A program made the translations under genes and the position numbers. Positions 9,002-17,546 of a stretch of DNA of 39,687 bases are shown here, piece by piece (position 1 is the stretch's first letter; each line of letters opens with the position of its first letter). Location: UHGV virus genome UHGV-0317772. One strand, 5' to 3'. Below the pieces are notes generated by a model that ran no database searches, had not been told where the DNA came from, and worked only from the letters and a program-made list of their open reading frames with translations. The stretch is from a virus.

Positions 9002-9373
9002 ATGTTTGACTTTAATGAATATTTATCTATTTCCAAACAAATTGAATCAGATGATAAATATAATTCTAAAGAATCTTATAGAAGAACTGCTGTTTCAAGA
9101 GCATACTACAGTGCTTTTAAAAAATCTGATGAGTATTTGAAAGAAAATTATGATATTATTTATAATGGAAGTAGCGGAAAAGGAAGCCACCAAACCGTTT
9201 GGAATTTGTTTTCAACAGTTAAGGAATTGAATACCTTAGGAATACATAATAGTGGGTATAGAATGTTAGAGAAAAGAAAATGTGCTGACTATATTCCTAA
9301 TGAAACCATTACGAAAACAGATATGGCGCTGATGAATCGAGAAGCAGAAAAAATAATAAACAAACTCACCTAA
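9002..9373 (+). CDS. Hypothetical protein (cargo gene C, 123 aa), weakly HEPN-like
   Basis: Translationally coupled, with TAAAATG overlapping the gene B stop. The motifs SRAYYSAF and RMLEKRKCADY are reminiscent of HEPN helices, but the canonical Rx4-6H motif is not clear. Confidence 0.5.
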   Translation: MFDFNEYLSISKQIESDDKYNSKESYRRTAVSRAYYSAFKKSDEYLKENYDIIYNGSSGKGSHQTVWNLFSTVKELNTLGIHNSGYRMLEKRKCADYIPNETITKTDMALMNREAEKIINKLT

Positions 9374-9406
9374 TGAATTTCAAGCGAGTTTGTTTGTTAT
9401 TTTTTT

Positions 9407-9497
9407 ATTTAATCTTTGTATCTTTCTGGATCAACGAAAGTATACTTTATATAGTCATAACGCCGATGATCGCTACGTGCGTCCGGCACGTCAGTCA
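9407..9497. repeat. Direct repeat copy 2
   Basis: 76/76 identity with 5943-6018, plus an imperfect upstream extension. Confidence 0.8.
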
Positions 9498-9714
9498 CGA
9501 TATCAAACAAAAAGTATACACCCTTCTTCATTCTAGTTTTCGCAGCAGGAATTTTGAAATAGTTCTTATTAGAATAGTAGAGATTGATTAATAAGCTATC
9601 TTCGATTGCTAAAAAGAAAACTTCTGAATTCCATACTTTATAAAAGTCTTTGATAAATCTATTTGAAGGATCGAATTTAAACCATAATTGTGTCTCATTA
9701 AAAAGCATAACCAT
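9409..9714 (-). CDS. Hypothetical protein; its C-terminal 29 aa are encoded by the direct repeat
   Basis: 101 aa ORF, second gene of a minus-strand two-gene unit. Confidence 0.4.
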   Translation of the reverse strand: MVMLFNETQLWFKFDPSNRFIKDFYKVWNSEVFFLAIEDSLLINLYYSNKNYFKIPAAKTRMKKGVYFLFDIVTDVPDARSDHRRYDYIKYTFVDPERYKD

Positions 9715-9722
9715 TACTCCAA

Positions 9723-9944
9723 TCAGTTTTTAAACTTAGTTTCTACCTCTAATATATATCGAGTTTTTATTTTGCCTTCAGAGAATACCGTTTCTTTTTT
9801 TGCAGTTACAGGTTGTTTATTTTCGGAAAAAGCTAATATAGCTAAAATTGAAACATCCATCTGGAATTTATCTTTTTCGTTGCTTTGTTCATAAAAATCT
9901 GCATATTCATCACTGATATTTTTTCTAATAAATTCTTCCATCAT
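9723..9944 (-). CDS. Hypothetical small acidic protein
   Basis: RBS GAGGTGA lies 5 nt before the ATG at 9944. The listed ORF would start at GTG 9953, inside the RBS. Confidence 0.4.
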   Translation of the reverse strand: MMEEFIRKNISDEYADFYEQSNEKDKFQMDVSILAILAFSENKQPVTAKKETVFSEGKIKTRYILEVETKFKN

Positions 9945-9962
9945 AAAAATCACCTCAAAACG

Positions 9963-9991
9963 ATTATACGAACTTATGTTCTGACTGTAAA
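9963..9991 (-). promoter_or_regulatory. Sigma-A promoter (TTTACA-17-TATAAT) for the minus-strand genes 9944 to 9409
   Basis: Read directly on the minus strand: the -35 is at 9986-9991 and the -10 at 9963-9968. Confidence 0.55.
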
Positions 9992-10156
9992 GCGATATTT
10001 GAGGGGCAAAAAAGGGGCAAAAAACTCTTACTAGTCCGTTCTAGCCTAATAATTTTAAGTATTATCAACGTTGTTTTTTCTTGATATAATGGGATTTTTG
10101 TCCAGTACGTACAAGCTAAAAACGTTTGTCTTGATGGGCGGTATGATGTAGTAATT

Positions 10157-10199
10157 AAGAAAGAACCCTATTTTAACAGGGTTCTTTCTTCTTTTTTTG
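10157..10199 (+). terminator. Rho-independent terminator (13 bp stem plus T tract), partly bidirectional
   Basis: AAGAAAGAACCCT-attttaac-AGGGTTCTTTCTT followed by CTTTTTTTG, with an A tract on the other side. Confidence 0.6.
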
Positions 10200-10239
10200 T
10201 TTTATTTTAAGCAAAAGGGGCAAAGAAGGGGCAAAAATA

Positions 10240-11388
10240 TCAAAGGCTATTTAGTTTATCAATTACTTGTTGTTTGGCTCTTTTTGTTACATGGTTATAA
10301 ATAGACAGAGTTGTGTTTGCATCAGAATGCCCTACACGCTCCATAATGGCTTTAAGAGGTACGCCTAATTCAGATAATAGTGAAACGTGGCTATGTCTGA
10401 ATATATGTGAGGATAGACTTTTTTCTAATTCCAACTCTTCCTCTACTTTATGGAGTATAGCGTTAAATGAGTGCAGCGCAAGCGGAGTGCCACTTGTAGA
10501 TATAAATATATATTGATCGGGATCTGTGGGTCTACCTGCAAGAATATTGTCAGCTATCACACTTTCAATCAATTCTTTTGCACGATTGGGTAATTGCACT
10601 TCACGTTGCGAATAAGTATTTTTTGGAGTTGTTTTTATAGCATTATCCATTTTCACAGATGTGTAATCTAAGGTCCCATTAATGGAAATTTTCCCATCCT
10701 CATAGTCCTTCATTTGCAAAGCTAGCAATTCCCCATATCTCAAACCAGTTAAATATAGAAACTCAGCTATTATGCCGTGTAGTTTTCTGCGAGGATTGGA
10801 GTATAGCTGTTTCAGTATTTGATCAATTTCTTCTTTCTCCAGATATTTTTTATTCATAGAAAGCCTTCTTTTTTCTTCTTCCACTTTTTTAGGATGGATT
10901 TTAACTGCTAGCGCAGGGTTTCTTTGAATGTATTTTCTATCGATTGCATAGTTTAGCATAACAGATAGAGTTGTTTTTGTTTGTTTTGTGTAGTTCAGTG
11001 AGAGGTCACCAAACGTATACATATCTTCAATTATCTTATTAATGAGTGTCTCATCAATGTTTCTAACGATCGTATCATCGCTTATGTGCTTAGAAACATG
11101 TTTCATCATCATTGGAACCTTCAAATAGCTAGTACGTTTAACATGCTGCTTATAATATTCATACCATTCTTTATACAGCTCACCAAAAGTGATATCTGAT
11201 TTATTGTAATCTTCGAGTGCTTCTTTAATTTTTTTATCTAGAATTTTCTGAGCTTTTTTCCACGCTTGTGGTGAATTACTTGTAAGTGTTGTAGATTTTT
11301 TCCGTGTTTTTTCTGTATAAGGATCTACATATCTTTCAATAAACTTGAATTGGCCATCTTTGGTTTGTTCAACCCACACTTTTAACAT
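10240..11388 (-). CDS. int: Tyrosine recombinase / phage integrase
   Basis: 382 aa. The C-terminal catalytic signature is HIFRHSHVSLL...VGHSDANTTLSIYNHV (R..HxxR..Y), with an N-terminal SAM-like domain. Confidence 0.9.
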   Translation of the reverse strand: MLKVWVEQTKDGQFKFIERYVDPYTEKTRKKSTTLTSNSPQAWKKAQKILDKKIKEALEDYNKSDITFGELYKEWYEYYKQHVKRTSYLKVPMMMKHVSKHISDDTIVRNIDETLINKIIEDMYTFGDLSLNYTKQTKTTLSVMLNYAIDRKYIQRNPALAVKIHPKKVEEEKRRLSMNKKYLEKEEIDQILKQLYSNPRRKLHGIIAEFLYLTGLRYGELLALQMKDYEDGKISINGTLDYTSVKMDNAIKTTPKNTYSQREVQLPNRAKELIESVIADNILAGRPTDPDQYIFISTSGTPLALHSFNAILHKVEEELELEKSLSSHIFRHSHVSLLSELGVPLKAIMERVGHSDANTTLSIYNHVTKRAKQQVIDKLNSL

Positions 11389-11489
11389 CTCCTATCATTT
11401 GCTATAATAGGCATAACAAATAGACCTATATAGGTTTGTTTTCTAAAAGCACGCTCTTACTCTGGACGGTGGGGCGTGTTTTTTATTTA

Positions 11490-12074
11490 TTATACAGTTG
11501 CTTTAAAAATAGCTGCTTTTTCAAATGATACTAAAGGAGAGAAGTGGATTTCTATTTCTCCCTTTTGGTTTAACGTGAAATGAGCAGTTACATCCATTTG
11601 TTTTCCTGGAGCAACAGATCCCATTGTATTTTCGTTGGCATATGTCTCTGATTTTTTGTCATCTGGTCCATATACTTCCACATCTGTACCTACAGGGATA
11701 TCTGAATCGCCATCATTTTTTACGGTATAAGTAATTTTTACTACTTGTGCAGGTTGGTTTTCTTCAAATTGATTTCTTTCATCAGTTAGTTCTACACTAT
11801 TTAGTGTATATTCAGCATCACCAACTTTTACAGTGTCACCAATCTTATAGAAGGTATCGCTTTTTTCTTCTTTAGAAGATGAAGCAGAGGTTGAAGATTT
11901 AGTTACTTTTTCGCCACCATTATCACTTGCTTTATTACTATCTGATCCACCATTTAAAGCAGAACCAATAATTATAATTAAAATTACTGCTAATACCCAA
12001 AACCATACTTTTTTGTAAAAAGGTTTACTAACTTTATACATTTTTCCGTCTTGACCCATAACTTTTTTTGCCAT
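11490..12074 (-). CDS. Membrane-anchored DUF4352-like protein (lysogeny-module accessory, possible superinfection exclusion)
   Basis: N-terminal transmembrane segment WFWVLAVILIIIIGSAL, a Ser/Thr-rich linker and a beta-rich C-terminal domain. It sits between int and the repressor pair. Confidence 0.5.
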   Translation of the reverse strand: MAKKVMGQDGKMYKVSKPFYKKVWFWVLAVILIIIIGSALNGGSDSNKASDNGGEKVTKSSTSASSSKEEKSDTFYKIGDTVKVGDAEYTLNSVELTDERNQFEENQPAQVVKITYTVKNDGDSDIPVGTDVEVYGPDDKKSETYANENTMGSVAPGKQMDVTAHFTLNQKGEIEIHFSPLVSFEKAAIFKATV

Positions 12075-12156
12075 TTAAATATTCCTCACTTCTTGTTATA
12101 ATATATTTGCGATCTCAGAAATGAGGTATGAGTCCGTGTTGCAGCACGGGCTTTTT

Positions 12157-12591
12157 TTACTGTGCATAAGAGTATTTTTTCTTGAAATATGACTGGCAAA
12201 CATTAAAACATTCTGTTCTTAACTTATTATTGATAGCATAGAATTCCATAAAATTTTCCAATTTGAACTGAGATTCATCTGTTAATTCATTCTCAATAAA
12301 GATATTAAGTAGAATCATAATTGCAATTTTATCAGCTTCAGTTTCGAATTTTGAATGAAAAGTTGTAGAGTTATCGTACAGTACTGAATATTCAAAATGT
12401 GAAGCAATGAAATGACCGAGCTCGTGGGCTAAATGAAAAGCTTCAGAACTATCTTCGTGTAGTTTTTCGTTTAAAAATACTATTCTTGGTTTTGGATAAT
12501 AAAAACCTGGTTCTTCCATTTCCATATAGATTAACTTTAAATTATACTCACTCAGCATTTCTTTCAACTTTAAATACATACAACCCATCAC
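12157..12591 (-). CDS. ImmA/IrrE-family metallopeptidase
   Basis: HEXXH motif (FHLAHELGHFIASH), located directly downstream of the XRE repressor. Confidence 0.75.
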   Translation of the reverse strand: MMGCMYLKLKEMLSEYNLKLIYMEMEEPGFYYPKPRIVFLNEKLHEDSSEAFHLAHELGHFIASHFEYSVLYDNSTTFHSKFETEADKIAIMILLNIFIENELTDESQFKLENFMEFYAINNKLRTECFNVCQSYFKKKYSYAQ

Positions 12592-12596
12592 TCCAA

Positions 12597-12917
12597 CTAT
12601 TCATTTTCCTCTAAAGCTTTAGCAATTGCAATCGCTTTACGCATTGTCTCCTTAGATATTTCTTTTCCATCAAAAGAAAAAACAGTATCGTCTTCTGATA
12701 AATCCACATGTTTAGGGGTTTCTCTTTCTTCTCTACCTAGAAGGTAGTCTACAGAGACTCCAAAGTAATCAGCTAACCGAGCTAACTCAATAGAATTAGG
12801 AGTTTGTCTTTTCCAACTTCCTAAATATCCATTCGAATACCCGAAATTCATTTCGAGCTGTCTAATGGATAATCCTTTTTCTTTTGCTAACTCCTTTATT
12901 ATTTCGTAAGTATTCAT
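12597..12917 (-). CDS. XRE-family HTH repressor (CI-like)
   Basis: 106 aa with an HTH (LSIRQLEMNFGYSNGYLGSWKR), divergent from the early genes. Confidence 0.8.
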   Translation of the reverse strand: MNTYEIIKELAKEKGLSIRQLEMNFGYSNGYLGSWKRQTPNSIELARLADYFGVSVDYLLGREERETPKHVDLSEDDTVFSFDGKEISKETMRKAIAIAKALEENE

Positions 12918-12966
12918 TGATAAATCAACCTTTCTGAATGCTTACAAAAAAAGTTTAGATAAATAA

Positions 12967-12995
12967 TGTAAAAATAGTTGACTTATATACATTAT
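12967..12995 (+). promoter_or_regulatory. Rightward early promoter TTGACT-17-TATACT with embedded operator half-site TAATCTA
   Basis: Perfect spacing. It is part of a 33 bp imperfect inverted repeat whose partner is at 13124-13157. Confidence 0.6.
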
Positions 12996-13127
12996 TAATC
13001 TATACTATGTTTTGTAAACAAGTTTAACAACTAAAAAGACAACAAAAAATACTATTGATTAATAAATGCCAACCGCCAAGAAAGCTTTTTAAATCAAAGT
13101 TTAGATGTCTTATTTAACTATGCATTT

Positions 13128-13156
13128 AGTATAGATTATTAATCTAATAAAGTCAA
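13128..13156 (-). promoter_or_regulatory. Leftward promoter TTGACT-17-TATACT (mirror copy) overlapping the near-palindrome TAGATTATTAATCTA
   Basis: The -35 is at 13151-13156 and the -10 at 13128-13133 on the minus strand. The near-palindrome spans 13132-13146. Confidence 0.55.
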
Positions 13157-13216
13157 CGCAGTTTTTTAAAAAGTTGTTAAATTTGTTTACGAATATAAAA
13201 GAAAGGAGAGAAGAAT

Positions 13217-13357
13217 ATGGAAAAAACAGTCTCGGCAAAAATCGAAGATTTGAAATTAGACATACTGAAACAAGCAAAAGTGGCGATGGAACACGCGGTA
13301 GATAAAGAAGACTCTGCCATGGTTGCAGCCATAGCAGAGATTTTAGCTCACGTTTAG
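13217..13357 (+). CDS. Small helical protein (46 aa), first rightward early gene
   Basis: Strong RBS GAAAGGAGAGAAGAATATG. It is absent from the ORF track because it is under 60 aa. Confidence 0.45.
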   Translation: MEKTVSAKIEDLKLDILKQAKVAMEHAVDKEDSAMVAAIAEILAHV

Positions 13358-13654
13358 TCATCGTTTTTACGGTCTTCTGGAAGCTGACCATAGATAACAG
13401 CATAATGAATATCTAAATAAGCTTGAGCAATTTCTTTTGGCGAAATTGATTCGCCTTTAGTAGATACTTGTGATTCGTGATTTAGCCATGCAACAACTAA
13501 ATCCGCAGCGATTTCAAACGGCGTTACACTTTGTGTCAGTTGCCATAAAGAATTTCACAATATGTATGGTCGTGGTAATAATACCAAAGAGCAATTTGAG
13601 GAATTTATGGAAATTAAAAAATACAAAAAATCATTTATTAAAGGAGGCTAAACA

Positions 13655-13912
13655 ATGAACAAGGAAATGAGCCAAACAATCAAGGTACAAAAAATGATAG
13701 ATGATCTAACACATGGAATTGATAGCCAAGCCGATAAAATCATCAAGGAATTGCAAGGACAAAAAGTTAAGGATGCAAAAATGCTTCTCAAGACTATCAA
13801 CTTTGAAATGAATCCAACAAAAAGAAAGCTCGCCGATGTGTTGGAAGAAAAGTTGGCTTCCGCTATCAACGAGCAAGAATTACTATTTGAAACCGATACT
13901 TTTAACAGCTGA
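13655..13912 (+). CDS. Hypothetical early protein (85 aa)
   Basis: RBS AAAGGAGGCTAAACAATG. Confidence 0.5.
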   Translation: MNKEMSQTIKVQKMIDDLTHGIDSQADKIIKELQGQKVKDAKMLLKTINFEMNPTKRKLADVLEEKLASAINEQELLFETDTFNS

Positions 13913-14191
13913 TGTTTTATAGATGACAGTTTCATCCGAATCTATATCATCGCCGAGAGAAAAGAATGTTGCTTTTGACAAAAAGCCGATAAGACCTACA
14001 AGCGGTCTTGATGTTGCAAGAGTAGATACCCCAATATCACCTTGCAAGGTATTCACGTAAATTTGAGAAGAATAGAACATTCCATCTTTTTCTTCGATAT
14101 TTGACGCATCATCGTATCCAACGACCAAAGTATCGGCAAATATTTTGATTTTTTCTCCATCAAGCATAGTAATTACAAATTCTGGTTTCAT
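13883..14191 (-). CDS. Hypothetical protein on the opposite strand within the early region (moron)
   Basis: 102 aa with a strong RBS (AAGGAGGTGAAAATTTATG). It overlaps the preceding plus-strand gene convergently. Confidence 0.5.
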   Translation of the reverse strand: MKPEFVITMLDGEKIKIFADTLVVGYDDASNIEEKDGMFYSSQIYVNTLQGDIGVSTLATSRPLVGLIGFLSKATFFSLGDDIDSDETVIYKTSAVKSIGFK

Positions 14192-14259
14192 AAATTTTCA
14201 CCTCCTTAACAATTATTTCAGCCTGTCACACTGATAAGGAAATTATACCAAAGAAAGGA

Positions 14260-14931
14260 ATGAGAAATATGAATACACCACAAATTTTTAATTTCGAGCA
14301 AAACGAAGTTCGAACTATTTTAGTAAATGATGAACCATATTTTGTAGGAAAAGATGTAGCAGACGTTCTAGGATATTCGAATCCGCAAAAAGCTATTCGA
14401 GATCATGTGGACTTGGAGGATAAGACGCAGAACGATTCGTTCACCGTCAATGGAACAGCAGTTGTTTTGATTAACGAGTCAGGCCTTTACAGTTTAATCT
14501 TAAAATCAAAACTTCCCTCTGCCAAAAAATTTAAACGTTGGGTAACGAGTGAAGTCCTTCCAACAATTAGAAAAACAGGTAGCTATTCAAACGTACCTCA
14601 AAGTTTTGCACAAGCATTGCGTTTAGCAGCGGATTTAGAAGAAAAGAACCAATTACTCGAACAACAAATTGCCGAGTACGAACCAAAGATTAGCTACTTA
14701 GATACGATTCTTTCATCGACAGATACGGTAGCTACTTCTCAAATTGCAGCTGATTACGGAATGTCGGCAATTGCTCTAAACAAATTGCTAAACGAGTTAG
14801 GTGTTCAGCATAAAGTTAGCGGACAATGGATACTTTACCGAAAACATATGAACCAAGGATACACAAAATCGCACACAAGTGAGATACCGAAAGCCGATGG
14901 CGGCACTAAAGTTGTAATGAATACCAAATAG
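14260..14931 (+). CDS. Phage antirepressor (Bro-N/KilA-N N-terminal domain plus ANT/KilAC-like C-terminal domain)
   Basis: The N-terminus QIFNFEQNEVRTILVNDEPYFVGKDVADVLGY is characteristic of Bro-N. Confidence 0.7.
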   Translation: MRNMNTPQIFNFEQNEVRTILVNDEPYFVGKDVADVLGYSNPQKAIRDHVDLEDKTQNDSFTVNGTAVVLINESGLYSLILKSKLPSAKKFKRWVTSEVLPTIRKTGSYSNVPQSFAQALRLAADLEEKNQLLEQQIAEYEPKISYLDTILSSTDTVATSQIAADYGMSAIALNKLLNELGVQHKVSGQWILYRKHMNQGYTKSHTSEIPKADGGTKVVMNTK

Positions 14932-15029
14932 ACACAGAAAGGGCGAGTGTTTATTTACAACTTATTAATCGCAGAGGGCTATTACCCTCAAATGGATTTA
15001 GAGGAAATTGGTTAGAAAGGAGTTTTAGT

Positions 15030-15233
15030 ATGACTGACATTGCAGAAATCACTCAACGAGATAGAGAAAAAATCAAAGAATATGTCGAAAGTTCAAAGTT
15101 CTTAACTTACACCATGCTTGCTGAAAGATTTGGAATTAGCAAAAGCTACTTATCTTTAATTTTAAACGGTAAAAAGACTTCTGCAGAAGCAAACAGAATT
15201 ATAGATTCGATTATCACTATGTACGAATTGTAG
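15030..15233 (+). CDS. Small HTH DNA-binding protein
   Basis: 67 aa with the HTH LAERFGISKSYLSLILNGKK. Confidence 0.55.
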   Translation: MTDIAEITQRDREKIKEYVESSKFLTYTMLAERFGISKSYLSLILNGKKTSAEANRIIDSIITMYEL

Positions 15234-15337
15234 AGGGAGGTAAAGTCGTTGGAAGATAAAATCATTCTTACAAAATCAGAGCTTCAAGAAATGTTAAACA
15301 TCGAGTATGGAACGATAATTTTTAGGAGGGATAATAA

Positions 15338-15637
15338 GTGAAAAAACCAACACTTTCAGAGCTGATAGAAGCTGCTGAGAAGGCAGTAAAACCAGACGAC
15401 TGGTACCGACAAAGTTTAATCTTGGAGAAGTTCCACGGCATGTCAAAAACTACTTTAGTTGAATACTGCAAGGAAATGGAAACAATTCCTGAATTTGCAG
15501 AAGGAATACTTCGTCCAGGTCACTCAACCACATTTATTCATTACCATACTTTTATTTGGTTTTTAAAGTGGAAAGACGCAAACAAATATCGTGTAAAAAG
15601 TTTATCGCCTTCAGATATTTTGAAGGAGGCAAGCTAA
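15338..15637 (+). CDS. Hypothetical phage protein
   Basis: 99 aa with RBS AGGAGGGATAATAAGTG/ATG. Confidence 0.45.
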   Translation: MKKPTLSELIEAAEKAVKPDDWYRQSLILEKFHGMSKTTLVEYCKEMETIPEFAEGILRPGHSTTFIHYHTFIWFLKWKDANKYRVKSLSPSDILKEAS

Positions 15638-15816
15638 TGGGCAAATTCAACAGAGCACTAGTATTCAGCGCACCGCTAATCGTCTATGCTTTAGGGCTTT
15701 GGGGAAGTAGACAAGCGTTGATAGGAACGATTGTGTACATGGTTTGGATTTTTATAGGGCTTGATGAAGCTGAGTACAGAGCAAAAAAAGCCAGTCGGGA
15801 GGGACTGACTAGATGA
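15637..15816 (+). CDS. Small membrane protein (59 aa)
   Basis: RBS GAAGGAGGCAAGCTAATG and two hydrophobic segments. The start is chosen inside the listed ORF. Confidence 0.45.
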   Translation: MGKFNRALVFSAPLIVYALGLWGSRQALIGTIVYMVWIFIGLDEAEYRAKKASREGLTR

Positions 15817-15977
15817 GAAACAAAAAAATATCTCTAACGCTATTAACTATCATCACGATTGTTGTATCGCAACTATTCTTTTTAACTATATTAAACGACA
15901 TATCGATGTCGGACCGATTGTTGGTTCAATCAGCTTTATTTCTGACCTTTGAAAAAATGGGTAATTACGAAAGATAG
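15813..15977 (+). CDS. Small membrane protein (54 aa)
   Basis: RBS GGGAGGGACTGACTAGATG and a hydrophobic core. It is not in the ORF track. Confidence 0.35.
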   Translation: MRNKKISLTLLTIITIVVSQLFFLTILNDISMSDRLLVQSALFLTFEKMGNYER

Positions 15978-16514
15978 AATTTGAGAAATTGTTTCTTGGG
16001 CAAATAACGATGTTACCCAAATTACAAGACTAAAAATTCTTCCTGGAAAAGTTGATAGATTAATGCCGAACCAACTAAGTATTTCGCTGGGTAAGAGAAA
16101 AAATTTCTTAAGAGCAATCAACGGATTTAAAAACCAGAATTTTCGATAATGAATTTCGTTGTTTTTGTCAAAAATTTGAGAAGCGATAATTCTAAAATTT
16201 TCTTCAAGAATATCATCTGATTGATTCAAGGAAAGCGTTACAAGGCTATAAGGCAGAACTTTGTTAATTCTGGGCATTTCCTTAACCATTATTTCTCTAA
16301 TAGGCGTCACATTATTTTGAAAGTAAGGATCAGATTTATAGCTACCACTATGGTCATTTAATCGTTTGAGGTCATTTATCACTTTCTCAATTGTAGTAAG
16401 TAAATAGTTAATCGTTGTTATTTCAGACACTGCATTAACAATTTGCTTAATATAAATTATTGCATAAACAACTAGAAGCACATACAAAATGTAGTTCATT
16501 GAAAACACCACCAT
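15936..16514 (-). CDS. Membrane protein on the opposite strand (moron; possibly Abi or superinfection exclusion)
   Basis: 192 aa with N- and C-terminal transmembrane segments. It is on the minus strand inside an otherwise rightward early region. Confidence 0.45.
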   Translation of the reverse strand: MVVFSMNYILYVLLVVYAIIYIKQIVNAVSEITTINYLLTTIEKVINDLKRLNDHSGSYKSDPYFQNNVTPIREIMVKEMPRINKVLPYSLVTLSLNQSDDILEENFRIIASQIFDKNNEIHYRKFWFLNPLIALKKFFLLPSEILSWFGINLSTFPGRIFSLVIWVTSLFAQETISQILSFVITHFFKGQK

Positions 16515-16552
16515 TTTTTTACCTAAATTATACCAAAAGGAGAGAAGAAAAA

Positions 16553-17251
16553 ATGCAAGAATTAGTAATTTTGAAAAATAAAGAAGCTGTGACTACGAGT
16601 TTGCAAGTCGCAGATAGTTTTGAAAAAGAACACAAAAATGTTTTGAGAGATATTGAAAAGTTAAAAGAAGATGTGCTCAATTTTGAGCAGATGTTTGTGG
16701 AAGGTAATGAACCAGATTCATACGGCAGAAATCGACGAGTTTTCTTCATTAGTAGAGATGGTTTTTTCTTGTTGGCTATGGGTTTTACAGGAAAGAAAGC
16801 TATTTACTTCAAACAAAAATACATTGAAGCATTCAACGAAATGGAAGATGTTATTCGCAAGAATACTGTTCCTCAAACAATTGAAGATATGATGATCTAC
16901 CAACTAGAAGAAATGAAAGATGTTAAAAAAGATGTCTCCATGCTTAAAGATACTATGCGAATTAGCGGACAACAAGAGTTTGAAATTAAGCAAAAAGGAA
17001 ATATGAAAGTTATGGAAGTTTTAGGAGGTAAAGAAAGCCGAGCTTATGAAGAAATCAGCAAAAAAGTATTCTCGAAATTTTGGTCTGAATTTAAACGTAC
17101 CTTTTCAATCCCAAGATATGGCGAGTTACCTCGTAAGAGATTCGATGATGCTGTTTCATTTATTGAAATGTGGTTACCAGAAACTGCGATCCGCATGGAA
17201 ATCGATCAACTGAACAGACAACAAAGACTTTTCGGTGATGAAAATGAATAG
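16553..17251 (+). CDS. Rha-family phage regulatory protein (ORF6N domain)
   Basis: The N-terminus MQELVILKNKEAVTTSLQVADSFEKEHKNVLRDIEKL is characteristic. RBS AAAGGAGAGAAG. Confidence 0.7.
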   Translation: MQELVILKNKEAVTTSLQVADSFEKEHKNVLRDIEKLKEDVLNFEQMFVEGNEPDSYGRNRRVFFISRDGFFLLAMGFTGKKAIYFKQKYIEAFNEMEDVIRKNTVPQTIEDMMIYQLEEMKDVKKDVSMLKDTMRISGQQEFEIKQKGNMKVMEVLGGKESRAYEEISKKVFSKFWSEFKRTFSIPRYGELPRKRFDDAVSFIEMWLPETAIRMEIDQLNRQQRLFGDENE

Positions 17252-17546
17252 AGCTGAAGCGCTAAGAATAGGGACGGTAATTGCTAATCGCTGGTGGAGA
17301 CACAATAAACCAAGCATCCTAAGCCAACAACATATTGATAAGCAAAAAGCTATTCTTGGATGCTTTACAACTGGTTGCTAATAAGTACGAAAAATCGATT
17401 GATGAAGCAATTGTTGCATTGACTGATGCGGCTTCTATAACCGCTGATGACAGTAAATGGACCAAGAGAGACTTGGGCATTCTAAAACGAGGCGTTAACT
17501 GGATTGAAGATCAGTACAGAGAAGAAACAAAAGAGAAGTGATATGA

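Noticed and set aside
9373-9894. Plus-strand ORFs 9373-9591 and 9688-9894
   Set aside because: They are antisense to the minus-strand gene pair, which has a good promoter and RBS, and they have no RBS of their own.
13470-13658. ORF 13470-13658 as a Cro-like gene
   Set aside because: It has no RBS and no HTH, and its composition is odd. This is more likely untranslated leader between the early promoter and the 13655 gene.
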